Positions 22,924-30,256 of a stretch of 64,000 nucleotides of DNA are shown one piece after another. The stretch lies in the sequence record MN871441.1. One strand, given 5' to 3'. The notes under the pieces were generated by a model that saw nothing but the letters and a program-made list of their open reading frames with translations, made no database searches and was not told where the DNA came from. Position numbers and translations under genes: made by a program. Every line of letters begins with the position of its first letter. Position 1 is the first letter of the stretch.

Positions 22924-22984
22924 AATTAAAAACAGGAGATTATAGTGTTATAATCTCCTTATAAAATAACAAAAGGAAAGATAA

Positions 22985-23209
22985 ATGATTTTTATTGCTG
23001 ATATTGTAGATCCGTCTGAATTTGGTGGTGCGTCTCGTACCGTTATTGACACCAAACTGATCAAAGGTCTCTCTGAGAAGAACGGTGTTTCTTATATCAC
23101 CTTTGATGTTCGTGGAACCGATAAGCAAAAAACGATTGCAGTCCATCAGGATTTCGAAGCAATTTTCTCATATATGCAGTTTGATGAACGGATCAAACTT
23201 AGCCAGTAA
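22985..23209 (+). CDS. Hypothetical protein
   Basis: 74 aa, AAGGA RBS, followed by a terminator at ~23220-23252. Confidence 0.75.
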   Translation: MIFIADIVDPSEFGGASRTVIDTKLIKGLSEKNGVSYITFDVRGTDKQKTIAVHQDFEAIFSYMQFDERIKLSQ

Positions 23210-23372
23210 AACGTATTAACACCCCTAGCGATTTTCGTTAGGGGTTTATTTTTTTGTCAAGAAATCGAAGCGAAAGATGTAGTAAAATCAAAATACGATC
23301 ACCTTGTTGTTACTGAACGTGCTGCATTTTGGATTGATAACAAAGAAATCAAAACCGTGGTTTGGTGGTGAT

Positions 23373-24362
23373 ATGGGTAGTTTTAATACTGTTTGTTCTG
23401 TTAGTCGTCAAATCGTTCAAGGTGGTGATAAAGTTCGCTTGATCCCAGTTGCTGGTAAACACTGTATTAGTGCTTTCCCACTTACTGCGGTGTATGACGA
23501 TTATGGTGAGTTTGACATTGATGATAATCTTGCGTTAGAATGCTTAATGAAAAACGTATCCATGTTTAACGATGGTGTCTCTAAAGAGAACTTAGCCCAT
23601 GGATTTTATCCATACGATGAAAATCGTTGGACAATCCCAGACCTATGGAGCAAAACAAAATACGAGACTTCTTTTATTGTAGTAAAGTCTGATGTATACG
23701 ATCTTGTTTCGGAGTTTGGTATTACTTGTTGGTGGGAGAAACCTGTATACGACGTTTCTGATGCAGATGACTGGCTACCGGTAACACCGGAACGAGTCGC
23801 TAGACATCTTAAAACTCTCCAAGAAAGACTGAAAGAGTTGATCGAAGATAGCGAAGATCCAGAAGATGATATCCTTGTGAATCATGTTAAGATGATGGTT
23901 GATAATGTTCATATTGGTAATGCAAAACATTATGAACTTAGCAGATTGATGAAAACTCAAGATCAGATTAATGATTATGCCCATCACGACGATACAACTT
24001 ATGCAATTTTCAAAAATATTGAAGAATTTGCAAAATTAGAAAATTTTTATGCCGGTTGTAATAACTTGGATATTGTGTTAACATCGCAGGAATATGGTCG
24101 TCAGACATGCAAACAGTTTGAAAAGGTTCGTATGATGACAAAAATCCAGATTACTGGATTTAACCAAACAGAAAAAATTCAGTTGACTCCGGTTGAGTGG
24201 GATGTTAAGATTCCTTACTCTATGGTTATGGAATCAACTAAACCCAATTGGTCAAATGAAGTTGATTTGATTCGAGTTGGTAACTGTCTTGAAATTACGG
24301 ACTCTAAATACAATGAGTTCAAAGAGTATAAACATGATGATGTCTATCTGAGTGAGAAATGA
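23373..24362 (+). CDS. Hypothetical protein
   Basis: Long ORF, probable start MGSFNTVC after GGTG. Confidence 0.75.
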   Translation: MGSFNTVCSVSRQIVQGGDKVRLIPVAGKHCISAFPLTAVYDDYGEFDIDDNLALECLMKNVSMFNDGVSKENLAHGFYPYDENRWTIPDLWSKTKYETSFIVVKSDVYDLVSEFGITCWWEKPVYDVSDADDWLPVTPERVARHLKTLQERLKELIEDSEDPEDDILVNHVKMMVDNVHIGNAKHYELSRLMKTQDQINDYAHHDDTTYAIFKNIEEFAKLENFYAGCNNLDIVLTSQEYGRQTCKQFEKVRMMTKIQITGFNQTEKIQLTPVEWDVKIPYSMVMESTKPNWSNEVDLIRVGNCLEITDSKYNEFKEYKHDDVYLSEK

Positions 24363-24612
24363 TATGAATTTTTTAGAATCAGAAAAAGTAACTTGGGGTG
24401 GAAGAATATACCCGCTAGATATAGCAAACCAAATATGTTCTGTTCAGCCTATAGACCCTGAGCCATTTCGAAAACTATATGAGCGGGCTAAAGAGAACGA
24501 ACGTATTAAGAATCGGCTTTCTAAAGCTTTTATGGTCCCTGTATCAAGGATCGACGCATACTGTGTAGAAGCATATCGACTTGGTATAAAAGAAAGTAAA
24601 AATAAAAGTTAA
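24352..24612 (+). CDS. Hypothetical protein
   Basis: Coupled ORF of 84-86 aa. Confidence 0.6.
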   Translation: MRNDMNFLESEKVTWGGRIYPLDIANQICSVQPIDPEPFRKLYERAKENERIKNRLSKAFMVPVSRIDAYCVEAYRLGIKESKNKS

Positions 24613-24649
24613 ACATACTTTCTAACTGTGATATGATGTTTATATAAAT
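24601..24649 (+). promoter_or_regulatory. tRNA promoter, 49-bp direct repeat copy 1
   Basis: GTTAAAC...TGTGATATGAT extended -10; one mismatch against 25760-25808. Confidence 0.8.
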
Positions 24650-24651
24650 GA

Positions 24652-24744
24652 GCGTGAGTGGCGAAGTTGGTTGAAACGCATCGGACTTAAAATCCGATAC
24701 TGCATAATGGCACATCGTGGGTTCGATTCCCACCTCACGTACCA
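24652..24744 (+). tRNA. tRNA-Leu(TAA)
   Basis: Cloverleaf; TCGGA-ctTAAaa-TCCGA; long variable arm; GTTCGATTCC; CCA. Confidence 0.93.
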
Positions 24745-24749
24745 AATAC

Positions 24750-24815
24750 GAGATGATAAACTCAAATTACTTTTGTTGAATGAGCTTTTTGGACGTTATG
24801 TGAGTTTATCATCTC
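24750..24815 (+). ncRNA. Candidate small RNA closed by a 15-bp perfect stem
   Basis: GAGATGATAAACTCA / TGAGTTTATCATCTC. Confidence 0.45.
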
Positions 24816-24840
24816 TCAAATTCAATATGAGATGCTTAAT

Positions 24841-24978
24841 ATGAACGTATACATCAGAAATTACATGTGTGGAGTCCTTTGGGGTAGTATCTTCAACGAA
24901 GAACACTGTAAAGGTAAATGTGTAAAGATTATGCGCGGTAAACATTTGAAGCCTTTCTATCAAAAATCGAGATATTAA
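24841..24978 (+). CDS. Small hypothetical protein (45 aa)
   Basis: MNVYIRNYMCG...KSRY*, abutting the next ORF. Confidence 0.45.
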   Translation: MNVYIRNYMCGVLWGSIFNEEHCKGKCVKIMRGKHLKPFYQKSRY

Positions 24979-24979
24979 A

Positions 24980-25369
24980 ATGAAAGTGAAGCTTGGGGCT
25001 TACAACCTTAATGAAAAAAGTTCTTTGGTTAATACGAACGGATTAAAATTCATTTTGAATGAACAAGTTATAGATGAATTTTCTAAAAAACTACCTGTTC
25101 TAATCAATTTTGGTCAAAAATGTTTTAACATTGATAATGCTAAAGATACTCCGGATCCGGTTGGTATTCTTAATTCCATAGAAACTTACAAGAAAGATAA
25201 TATCATTATTGTTACTGGTGATGTAGAAATAACCAATGACAAAGTATATGATGTTCATGGGTGCCTTCCTTCTTTTTGTGTCCGATCTTTAGCTATTCGT
25301 AACGGTGATACTTACAAAGTTGGAGAAATTATTGCATGGGATATGGAAATATATGAAGGTTTATCATGA
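24980..25369 (+). CDS. Hypothetical protein
   Basis: 129 aa ORF. Confidence 0.7.
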   Translation: MKVKLGAYNLNEKSSLVNTNGLKFILNEQVIDEFSKKLPVLINFGQKCFNIDNAKDTPDPVGILNSIETYKKDNIIIVTGDVEITNDKVYDVHGCLPSFCVRSLAIRNGDTYKVGEIIAWDMEIYEGLS

Positions 25370-25764
25370 ATAAACATGATATTCATCTCATTGGTATTAG
25401 TAAGTTTATCAAGAAAGGTCTTACTGTGGTTCAATCAAGTTTGATCTTCAAACAAACCAGTGAAGAATGGAAAAATATCCATGGTGTTGATGTAGACAAG
25501 ATTTATTGCTATATTAACAACGAGGGAAAGGATATCTACGCAATTGGTAGACTTAGATCCTGTTGCGGACCTTGGTTGAGTGTTAGTTGTCGGTCTCTCC
25601 GTAAAAAAGGTTATATAGCATTTGACTTTAACGATGAAATTGAGATACCATATGGTTCAGGGATGAAAACTGCTTATAGGGTATTGTTTTCTGACACCCC
25701 TAAATACGAGTATGATGAAGAAGCTAGACATCCAGTCGCTTACTTCGAAAAATACTTCAAATAA
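25366..25764 (+). CDS. Hypothetical protein
   Basis: 132 aa, ATGA overlap with the previous ORF. Confidence 0.7.
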   Translation: MNKHDIHLIGISKFIKKGLTVVQSSLIFKQTSEEWKNIHGVDVDKIYCYINNEGKDIYAIGRLRSCCGPWLSVSCRSLRKKGYIAFDFNDEIEIPYGSGMKTAYRVLFSDTPKYEYDEEARHPVAYFEKYFK

Positions 25765-25808
25765 AAGTTAAACATCCTTTCTAACTGTGATATGATGTTT
25801 ATATAAAT
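25760..25808 (+). promoter_or_regulatory. tRNA promoter, 49-bp direct repeat copy 2
   Basis: Near-identical to 24601-24649; directly precedes tRNA-Arg. Confidence 0.8.
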
Positions 25809-25809
25809 T

Positions 25810-25886
25810 GCGCTGTTAGCTCAGTTGGATAGAGCAACGTTCTTCTAAAGCGTGGGTCACTGGTTCGAATCCAGTACGGCGCACCA
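25810..25886 (+). tRNA. tRNA-Arg(TCT)
   Basis: Cloverleaf; anticodon loop ctTCTaa; CCA. Confidence 0.95.
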
Positions 25887-25970
25887 CGGGATGTGGTGAA
25901 ATTGGCAGACACACTAGATTTAGGTTCTAGCGCCATAGGCGTGACGGTTCGAGTCCGTCCATCCCGACCA
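25887..25970 (+). tRNA. tRNA-Leu(TAG)
   Basis: CTAGA-ttTAGgt-TCTAG; variable arm; CCA. Confidence 0.93.
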
Positions 25971-25971
25971 A

Positions 25972-26047
25972 GCGGGTAAGGTGTTTATGGATACATGCAA
26001 GCCTTCCAAGTTTGAGTAGACCGGATCGTTACCGGCTACCCGCTCCA
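25972..26047 (+). tRNA. tRNA-Gly(TCC) with an atypical T arm
   Basis: GCGGGTA/TACCCGC acceptor; ctTCCaa; T loop ATCGTTA; CCA. Confidence 0.85.
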
Positions 26048-26058
26048 AGATTTAAAAT

Positions 26059-26128
26059 TGATGTGTTACAGCTATCAGCTCACCGTTGAAAGAATACGGA
26101 TAAGTCGGCTCGACTAAAGAACATATCA
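26059..26128 (+). ncRNA. Candidate ~70-nt structured RNA
   Basis: Terminal stem TGATGTGTT/AACATATCA enclosing hairpins CCGT/ACGG and AGTCG/CGACT. Confidence 0.5.
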
Positions 26129-26131
26129 TTT

Positions 26132-26208
26132 GGCCCCTTAGCTCAGTTGGTTAGAGCAACCGACTCATAATCGGTTGGTCACTGGTTCGAGTCCAGTAGG
26201 GGCCACCA
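26132..26208 (+). tRNA. tRNA-Ile2(CAT) (lysidine type), possibly Met
   Basis: GGCCCCT acceptor and overall sequence resemble enterobacterial ileX; ctCATaa; CCA. Confidence 0.88.
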
Positions 26209-26230
26209 AATTTTTGATGAGAGCTATATT

Positions 26231-26425
26231 ATGTCTGGTATAAAATCCATAATTGAAAATTGGTCAGTTGGTGATGGTATAATCCATTGGAAGAATGGAC
26301 GCCATAGTTTAGTAGTCTTTGGGTTTGCTCCAAATGGAGAACCTGCCTTTAAGTTTAAAGGTAAGAGTAAACTTACATCAGTAAGACAGATCGAAAAATC
26401 CATAGTTAATGCATATATTCTATAG
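26231..26425 (+). CDS. Hypothetical protein
   Basis: 64 aa, GAGAG RBS. Confidence 0.6.
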   Translation: MSGIKSIIENWSVGDGIIHWKNGRHSLVVFGFAPNGEPAFKFKGKSKLTSVRQIEKSIVNAYIL

Positions 26426-26434
26426 TTGTAAGCT

Positions 26435-26582
26435 CTCACGAATTTAATGGTCGTTGACCTTACGATAATAATGAAGCGATACAGAGTCCCATCGCTTCTA
26501 AAAATATCAAAAGGGATGTTGATGCGCGTATGTAGCCGGGTTATAATGACCAAGATTCATGAAGGGTGAAAGACCACCCTAA
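26435..26582 (+). ncRNA. Candidate ~150-nt multibranch RNA
   Basis: GAAGCGAT/ATCGCTTC and AGGGTG/CACCCT hairpins; long-range TGGTCGTT/AATGACCA. Confidence 0.5.
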
Positions 26583-26589
26583 ATATCAT

Positions 26590-26667
26590 AGCGGGGTGGA
26601 GAAGTCAGGAGTTCTCGCCAGACTCATTATCTGGAAATCGGTGGTTCAAATCCACCTCCCGCTTCCA
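26590..26667 (+). tRNA. tRNA-Met(CAT), initiator-like 5' end
   Basis: AGCGGGGTGGAG start; CCAGA-ctCATta-TCTGG; CCA. Confidence 0.88.
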
Positions 26668-26668
26668 A

Positions 26669-26744
26669 TGGCGTGTAGTTCAGTAGGTAGAACAGCGGAC
26701 TGTTAATCCGTATGTCGTGGGTTCGAATCCCACCTCGCCAGCCA
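26669..26744 (+). tRNA. tRNA-Asn(GTT)
   Basis: GCGGA-ctGTTaa-TCCGT; CCA. Confidence 0.94.
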
Positions 26745-26750
26745 AATTCT

Positions 26751-26841
26751 GGATGTTCGGCTACGATGGCGGTGTAGCGGCGGACTGTAAATCCGTTCCC
26801 TCTGGGTAAACAAGTTGGTTCGAATCCAACAGCATCCACCA
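26751..26841 (+). tRNA. tRNA-Tyr(GTA)
   Basis: GCGGA-ctGTAaa-TCCGT; variable arm; CCA. Confidence 0.92.
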
Positions 26842-26844
26842 AAT

Positions 26845-26990
26845 AGAAGAAGTTAGAAGACGTTCTGATAAAATCCTCGGAGACGATGCCCCCTTGCGGT
26901 TTTAAACCGTTACGGATAAGCACGGGGTAATCCAAATCAACCATTATAGGGATGTGGTCATCTGGTATGTAAAATACAGTTGGTTTGGAA
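26845..26990 (+). ncRNA. Candidate stable RNA between tRNA-Tyr and tRNA-Pro
   Basis: No ORF; CGGT-tttaa-ACCG hairpin; CCAAATCAAC/GTTGGTTTGG stem; internal AACCA at 26939-26943. Confidence 0.4.
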
Positions 26991-26995
26991 CTTTT

Positions 26996-27071
26996 CGGTG
27001 ATTAGCGCAGTTGGTAGCGCGTCTGGTTTGGGACCAGAGGGTCACAGGTTCGAGTCCTGTATCACCGACCA
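26996..27071 (+). tRNA. tRNA-Pro(TGG)
   Basis: TCTGG-ttTGGga-CCAGA; CCA. Confidence 0.95.
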
Positions 27072-27349
27072 CTTAGCACAAAGAACGGGTAACGACGTAT
27101 GCCCCGGAATAAGCCAGCCATAGAGAATCTGGATATCCTGAAACGTGCCTTTAGGTTTCAGGCGGGATTGGTAGTATAAAGACGATATGGTAACTACTCC
27201 TTGACAAGCAGGGTTGAACTTGAGGTAACTGTCCTTTACCAAACAACGAACAGATGGACAAAATCAGTTGAACGTCCTTCCTCCTTGTGATAGCATGTCA
27301 ACTACATTAGGATATAATCACAGTCTAACGATCCTGATTATAATCCGCT
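27072..27349 (+). ncRNA. Candidate ~280-nt structured RNA
   Basis: CCTGAAAC/GTTTCAGG and TATAATCA/TGATTATA hairpins; long-range GCGGGATT/AATCCGC and TTGACA/TGTCAA. Confidence 0.55.
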
Positions 27350-27425
27350 GCCGAATTAGCTCATCTGGTAGAGCACAGCCTTTGTAACGCTGGGGTGGTC
27401 CGTTCGAGTCGGACATTCGGCACCA
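27350..27425 (+). tRNA. tRNA-Thr(TGT)
   Basis: Cloverleaf; ttTGTaa; CCA. Confidence 0.93.
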
Positions 27426-27430
27426 AATTT

Positions 27431-27892
27431 TGGATTCTCGTCAATAGTCCGGTCTATGAGAATCGACGCTTTAAGTAGCCCACCGGTATTTGTAAAAAAT
27501 CTAGTGAAAGCTAGAAAATAAAAACCGAACCCCGACCTCTCCCATTACTCAAATGGTGATGTAGGTTCCTTCCCTGTAATAAGGTTCTAGTCCGTGACGG
27601 GTAAAAGGTTACATAGGGAGTATTGCTTGTGAATGACCACTGATTCAAGCCATCACATAAGCTCGTCCGTTATGACGTTAAATATAAGGCTTAGATTCCC
27701 ATAAGGGCCTAAGCGTAAAAGTAACGAGCAAGACCGTTTTGCAGGCGTAGCCCATTGGGGTGATGATGTTTGTATGTTGGGCTCGGATAGCCAATGCTAT
27801 TAAGTCCGGTGATGGTGCGACCGGATCGATTTACGGAACCACATCAACAAGTATGTGCCTTGGTGGTTCGACCTGCTTTGCAGCCGCACATG
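27431..27892 (+). ncRNA. Candidate ~460-nt large structured RNA
   Basis: No ORF of 60 aa or more; about ten nested helices found by eye (see findings). Confidence 0.6.
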
Positions 27893-28244
27893 AAGCTAAA
27901 ACTTAAAAAGAGAGGTTGTATATGTCACCGCTAAACGCAAGCCGTTAGGACGTAAAGGTAAAAATAGTGTTTTTGTAAATGGTTATACCAATAATGGTAT
28001 TCCGGTTTTATGTAATGTATTTTATCAGTTTGAAACAAATGGTATTCCATTGGATATTCTGATAGAGAAATTTTATAATTCCGGTTATATTATTGATTGG
28101 GTTTCTTTCGTTAATGATGCTTTCAAGATCGGATGGAAGAAAGAAACTGTAATAAAAAAGATAAAGTATGCATTTGATGATATTGAGATAAATGATTCAA
28201 ATGAAATACTAAACCGTGTGATTAAATACATAGAAAGCCTGTAA
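27890..28244 (+). CDS. Protein with an alanyl-tRNA-synthetase-like segment (start uncertain; possible 1-nt error in the A run at ~27905)
   Basis: FYQFETNGIPLDILIE...YIIDWVSFVNDA resembles the AlaRS FKLYDTYGFPLDLT segment. Confidence 0.5.
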
Positions 28245-28254
28245 GGAATGATAT

Positions 28255-28506
28255 ATGGGTAAGACATTTCGTCGTAAAAATGAAAAACATCTGGACAGTT
28301 GGTATGGTGATGAACTTAAAGTGAATCGGGATCTGGGAGATAAATATCCTAGTTATCCAGAATCGGGTGTCAAAGATCGTTATAATACATTGAGTCGTCA
28401 GCGAGATCGTAAATTGAAACATGATATCATGCACGGTAATCACGATGTTTTTGTTGATGATGATTACGAAATGAAAAAGGCTAACGCCGGTTATCAATAT
28501 AGTTAA
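28255..28506 (+). CDS. Hypothetical basic protein
   Basis: 83 aa, AAGGA RBS, starts MGKTFRRK. Confidence 0.75.
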   Translation: MGKTFRRKNEKHLDSWYGDELKVNRDLGDKYPSYPESGVKDRYNTLSRQRDRKLKHDIMHGNHDVFVDDDYEMKKANAGYQYS

Positions 28507-28514
28507 GATTTTAA

Positions 28515-28755
28515 AGTGTACGCGCCCCAAGAGTGGCGCAGCGGCGTCAAACAATACGAGTCAAGGGTAAAGGTGATACCCTGTATTGTCACTAGACGAA
28601 AAGAGACCATATTGCCTCGATTATGGTCCCCGTTTTAAAGAGGGTGGTGTGACCTACCACTATCACAAGGTTGTTGTCTGACACCAAAGACAACGTTCGG
28701 CAACGGGGACTTTATCTTGCTTTGACTGGCTTGATATAGTCCCCGTTTTTCTTTT
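28515..28755 (+). ncRNA. Candidate ~240-nt structured RNA or leader ending in a terminator-like stem
   Basis: Six consecutive hairpins; the last is AACGGGGACT/AGTCCCCGTT plus a T run. Confidence 0.55.
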
Positions 28756-28774
28756 TATTAACGGAGAATTTGAT

Positions 28775-28960
28775 ATGTTGACTGGAATTTTTATTGTGTA
28801 TTTGATTGGTGTTCTGGTATTCATTACCGCATTTGTGATTACCGATCATCAAGACCGAGAAGAGGATAGGACCCCTACTTTTAAAGAAGTTATGGATTAT
28901 CTTTCTGTATCAGCAATTTGGCCCGTTTTGATTGCTATGTCGATTATTCGTAGTCTTTAA
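28775..28960 (+). CDS. Small membrane protein
   Basis: Two hydrophobic segments; GGAG RBS. Confidence 0.75.
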   Translation: MLTGIFIVYLIGVLVFITAFVITDHQDREEDRTPTFKEVMDYLSVSAIWPVLIAMSIIRSL

Positions 28961-28999
28961 TCCCTAAATATGTTCATATCAACTATAGGAGAGTTTTAA

Positions 29000-29209
29000 A
29001 TGGCTAAGAATATTCATGAGAAAAGTCATGCCCGTGAGGGTCGTGGTGGTGCCAATGGTGGTAATGAAAAATGGTATAACTCCAAACTGTGGGAAAACGT
29101 AGAAGCCAAACAGGTTAGTCTGGATGCAAAGCCGGATGAACTGTTGAAAGAGAAAGAAGGTGAAGACCTTCGAGCAAAACAGCGTCGTATGTTCGCGATG
29201 GCTTATTAA
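29000..29209 (+). CDS. Hypothetical late protein
   Basis: CTAAATA at ~28963; AGGAG RBS. Confidence 0.75.
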   Translation: MAKNIHEKSHAREGRGGANGGNEKWYNSKLWENVEAKQVSLDAKPDELLKEKEGEDLRAKQRRMFAMAY

Positions 29210-29237
29210 AATAAACTAATAAGAAGGTAAAACAGAT

Positions 29238-29792
29238 ATGATGATATCGCCAAACAGTTTCTTTAGAGACGAATATGTTAGTATGGTAAACAAAAAATTA
29301 AAATTATTTAAAAGTTCCGAATATATAGACAGGAGTCGATTGATGAAGTCTCCTGATGCATTCCAACAAGAGTTGGGGACTATATGCTTGGATATGGGAA
29401 GACAAACAGGAAAAACATCTGCTGCTATTATGTTGTTAGAAGAACATAAAGACGCTTTGTATGTTGTTCACAACCATCCTACTATCAGATCTATATTGTC
29501 GGTGGCACCACATTTAAAAGACCAAGTGTTGTCAATTAGCGACTTTGTTAATAGGTTTTATTCTCGTGGTACATACAATCATGTTATTCATGGAAGTAGG
29601 ATTGAAAAATATAGTATGATCATTATTGATGAACCTTATTTCACATGTACCAATGGTCAGAGACAATTCACTAATCGTAGTAGTTGTTCATATCACTTGG
29701 ATGGTGGTAAACAAATAAATACCACATACGGTCTAATTAGTTATGCCGCATTCAGGATGGAATCATTAATCGTTAAATTGGGAATGCAATGA
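29238..29792 (+). CDS. P-loop NTPase-like protein
   Basis: MGRQTGKT Walker A; IIIDEP Walker B. Confidence 0.7.
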   Translation: MMISPNSFFRDEYVSMVNKKLKLFKSSEYIDRSRLMKSPDAFQQELGTICLDMGRQTGKTSAAIMLLEEHKDALYVVHNHPTIRSILSVAPHLKDQVLSISDFVNRFYSRGTYNHVIHGSRIEKYSMIIIDEPYFTCTNGQRQFTNRSSCSYHLDGGKQINTTYGLISYAAFRMESLIVKLGMQ

Positions 29793-30190
29793 AAATAGCT
29801 TATAAATATGATATGAAACGAATCTCAGATAGAGTATCTAGATTTGTGACTCTTGGATTAAAGACGGTTGCAAAGATCCACTATCTCCATCTTACAACCA
29901 ACAATTATGCGCTCCATATGGCACTTGATGAGTTCTATAAGGAATTCCCAGATGACTACCTAGATTCGGTTGCAGAGAGCGCCTTGGCTAACGACATCGA
30001 GTTGGTATACAATCACTTTGAAGTTGCGTCAGACGACGCTCTGGGTGTGTTACAGGGACTTTACGACAACGGTTCTGAGTTGGCTGAGTTACTTGATGGA
30101 AAACCAGAGTTCAAAGGAACCCTAAACGCACTTGAGGATTCGTTGGAATTCATTAAGTTGGTGATCTACAAGGTAAAACGTTTCAAATAA
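29789..30190 (+). CDS. Ferritin/Dps-like four-helix protein
   Basis: H.LHL.T.NYALHMALDEFY....D...E motif. Confidence 0.65.
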   Translation: MKIAYKYDMKRISDRVSRFVTLGLKTVAKIHYLHLTTNNYALHMALDEFYKEFPDDYLDSVAESALANDIELVYNHFEVASDDALGVLQGLYDNGSELAELLDGKPEFKGTLNALEDSLEFIKLVIYKVKRFK

Positions 30191-30193
30191 AAA

Positions 30194-30235
30194 CATCCCC
30201 TGTCTATTGACGGGGGATTTTCGTTTGTGTATAGT
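30194..30235 (+). promoter_or_regulatory. Terminator hairpin overlapping a sigma70-type promoter
   Basis: ATCCCCTGTC/GACGGGGGAT stem; TTGACG-N17-TATAGT with TGTG extension. Confidence 0.65.
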
Positions 30236-30256
30236 GAAGAAACTATAAGAATAAAA

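Noticed and set aside
27660-27730. Pistol-ribozyme-like words (GACGTTAAATA, CCTAAGCGT)
   Set aside because: Pairing partners and P2/P3 order do not fit the pistol consensus, and a competing GCTCGT/ACGAGC helix is at least as good; needs Infernal
27431-28755. Group I intron, tmRNA or RNase P identity for the large non-coding segments
   Set aside because: TAGTCC words occur but without a matching GACTA P7 strand or an interrupted host gene; there are no tmRNA tRNA-like ends and no GAGGAAAGTCC
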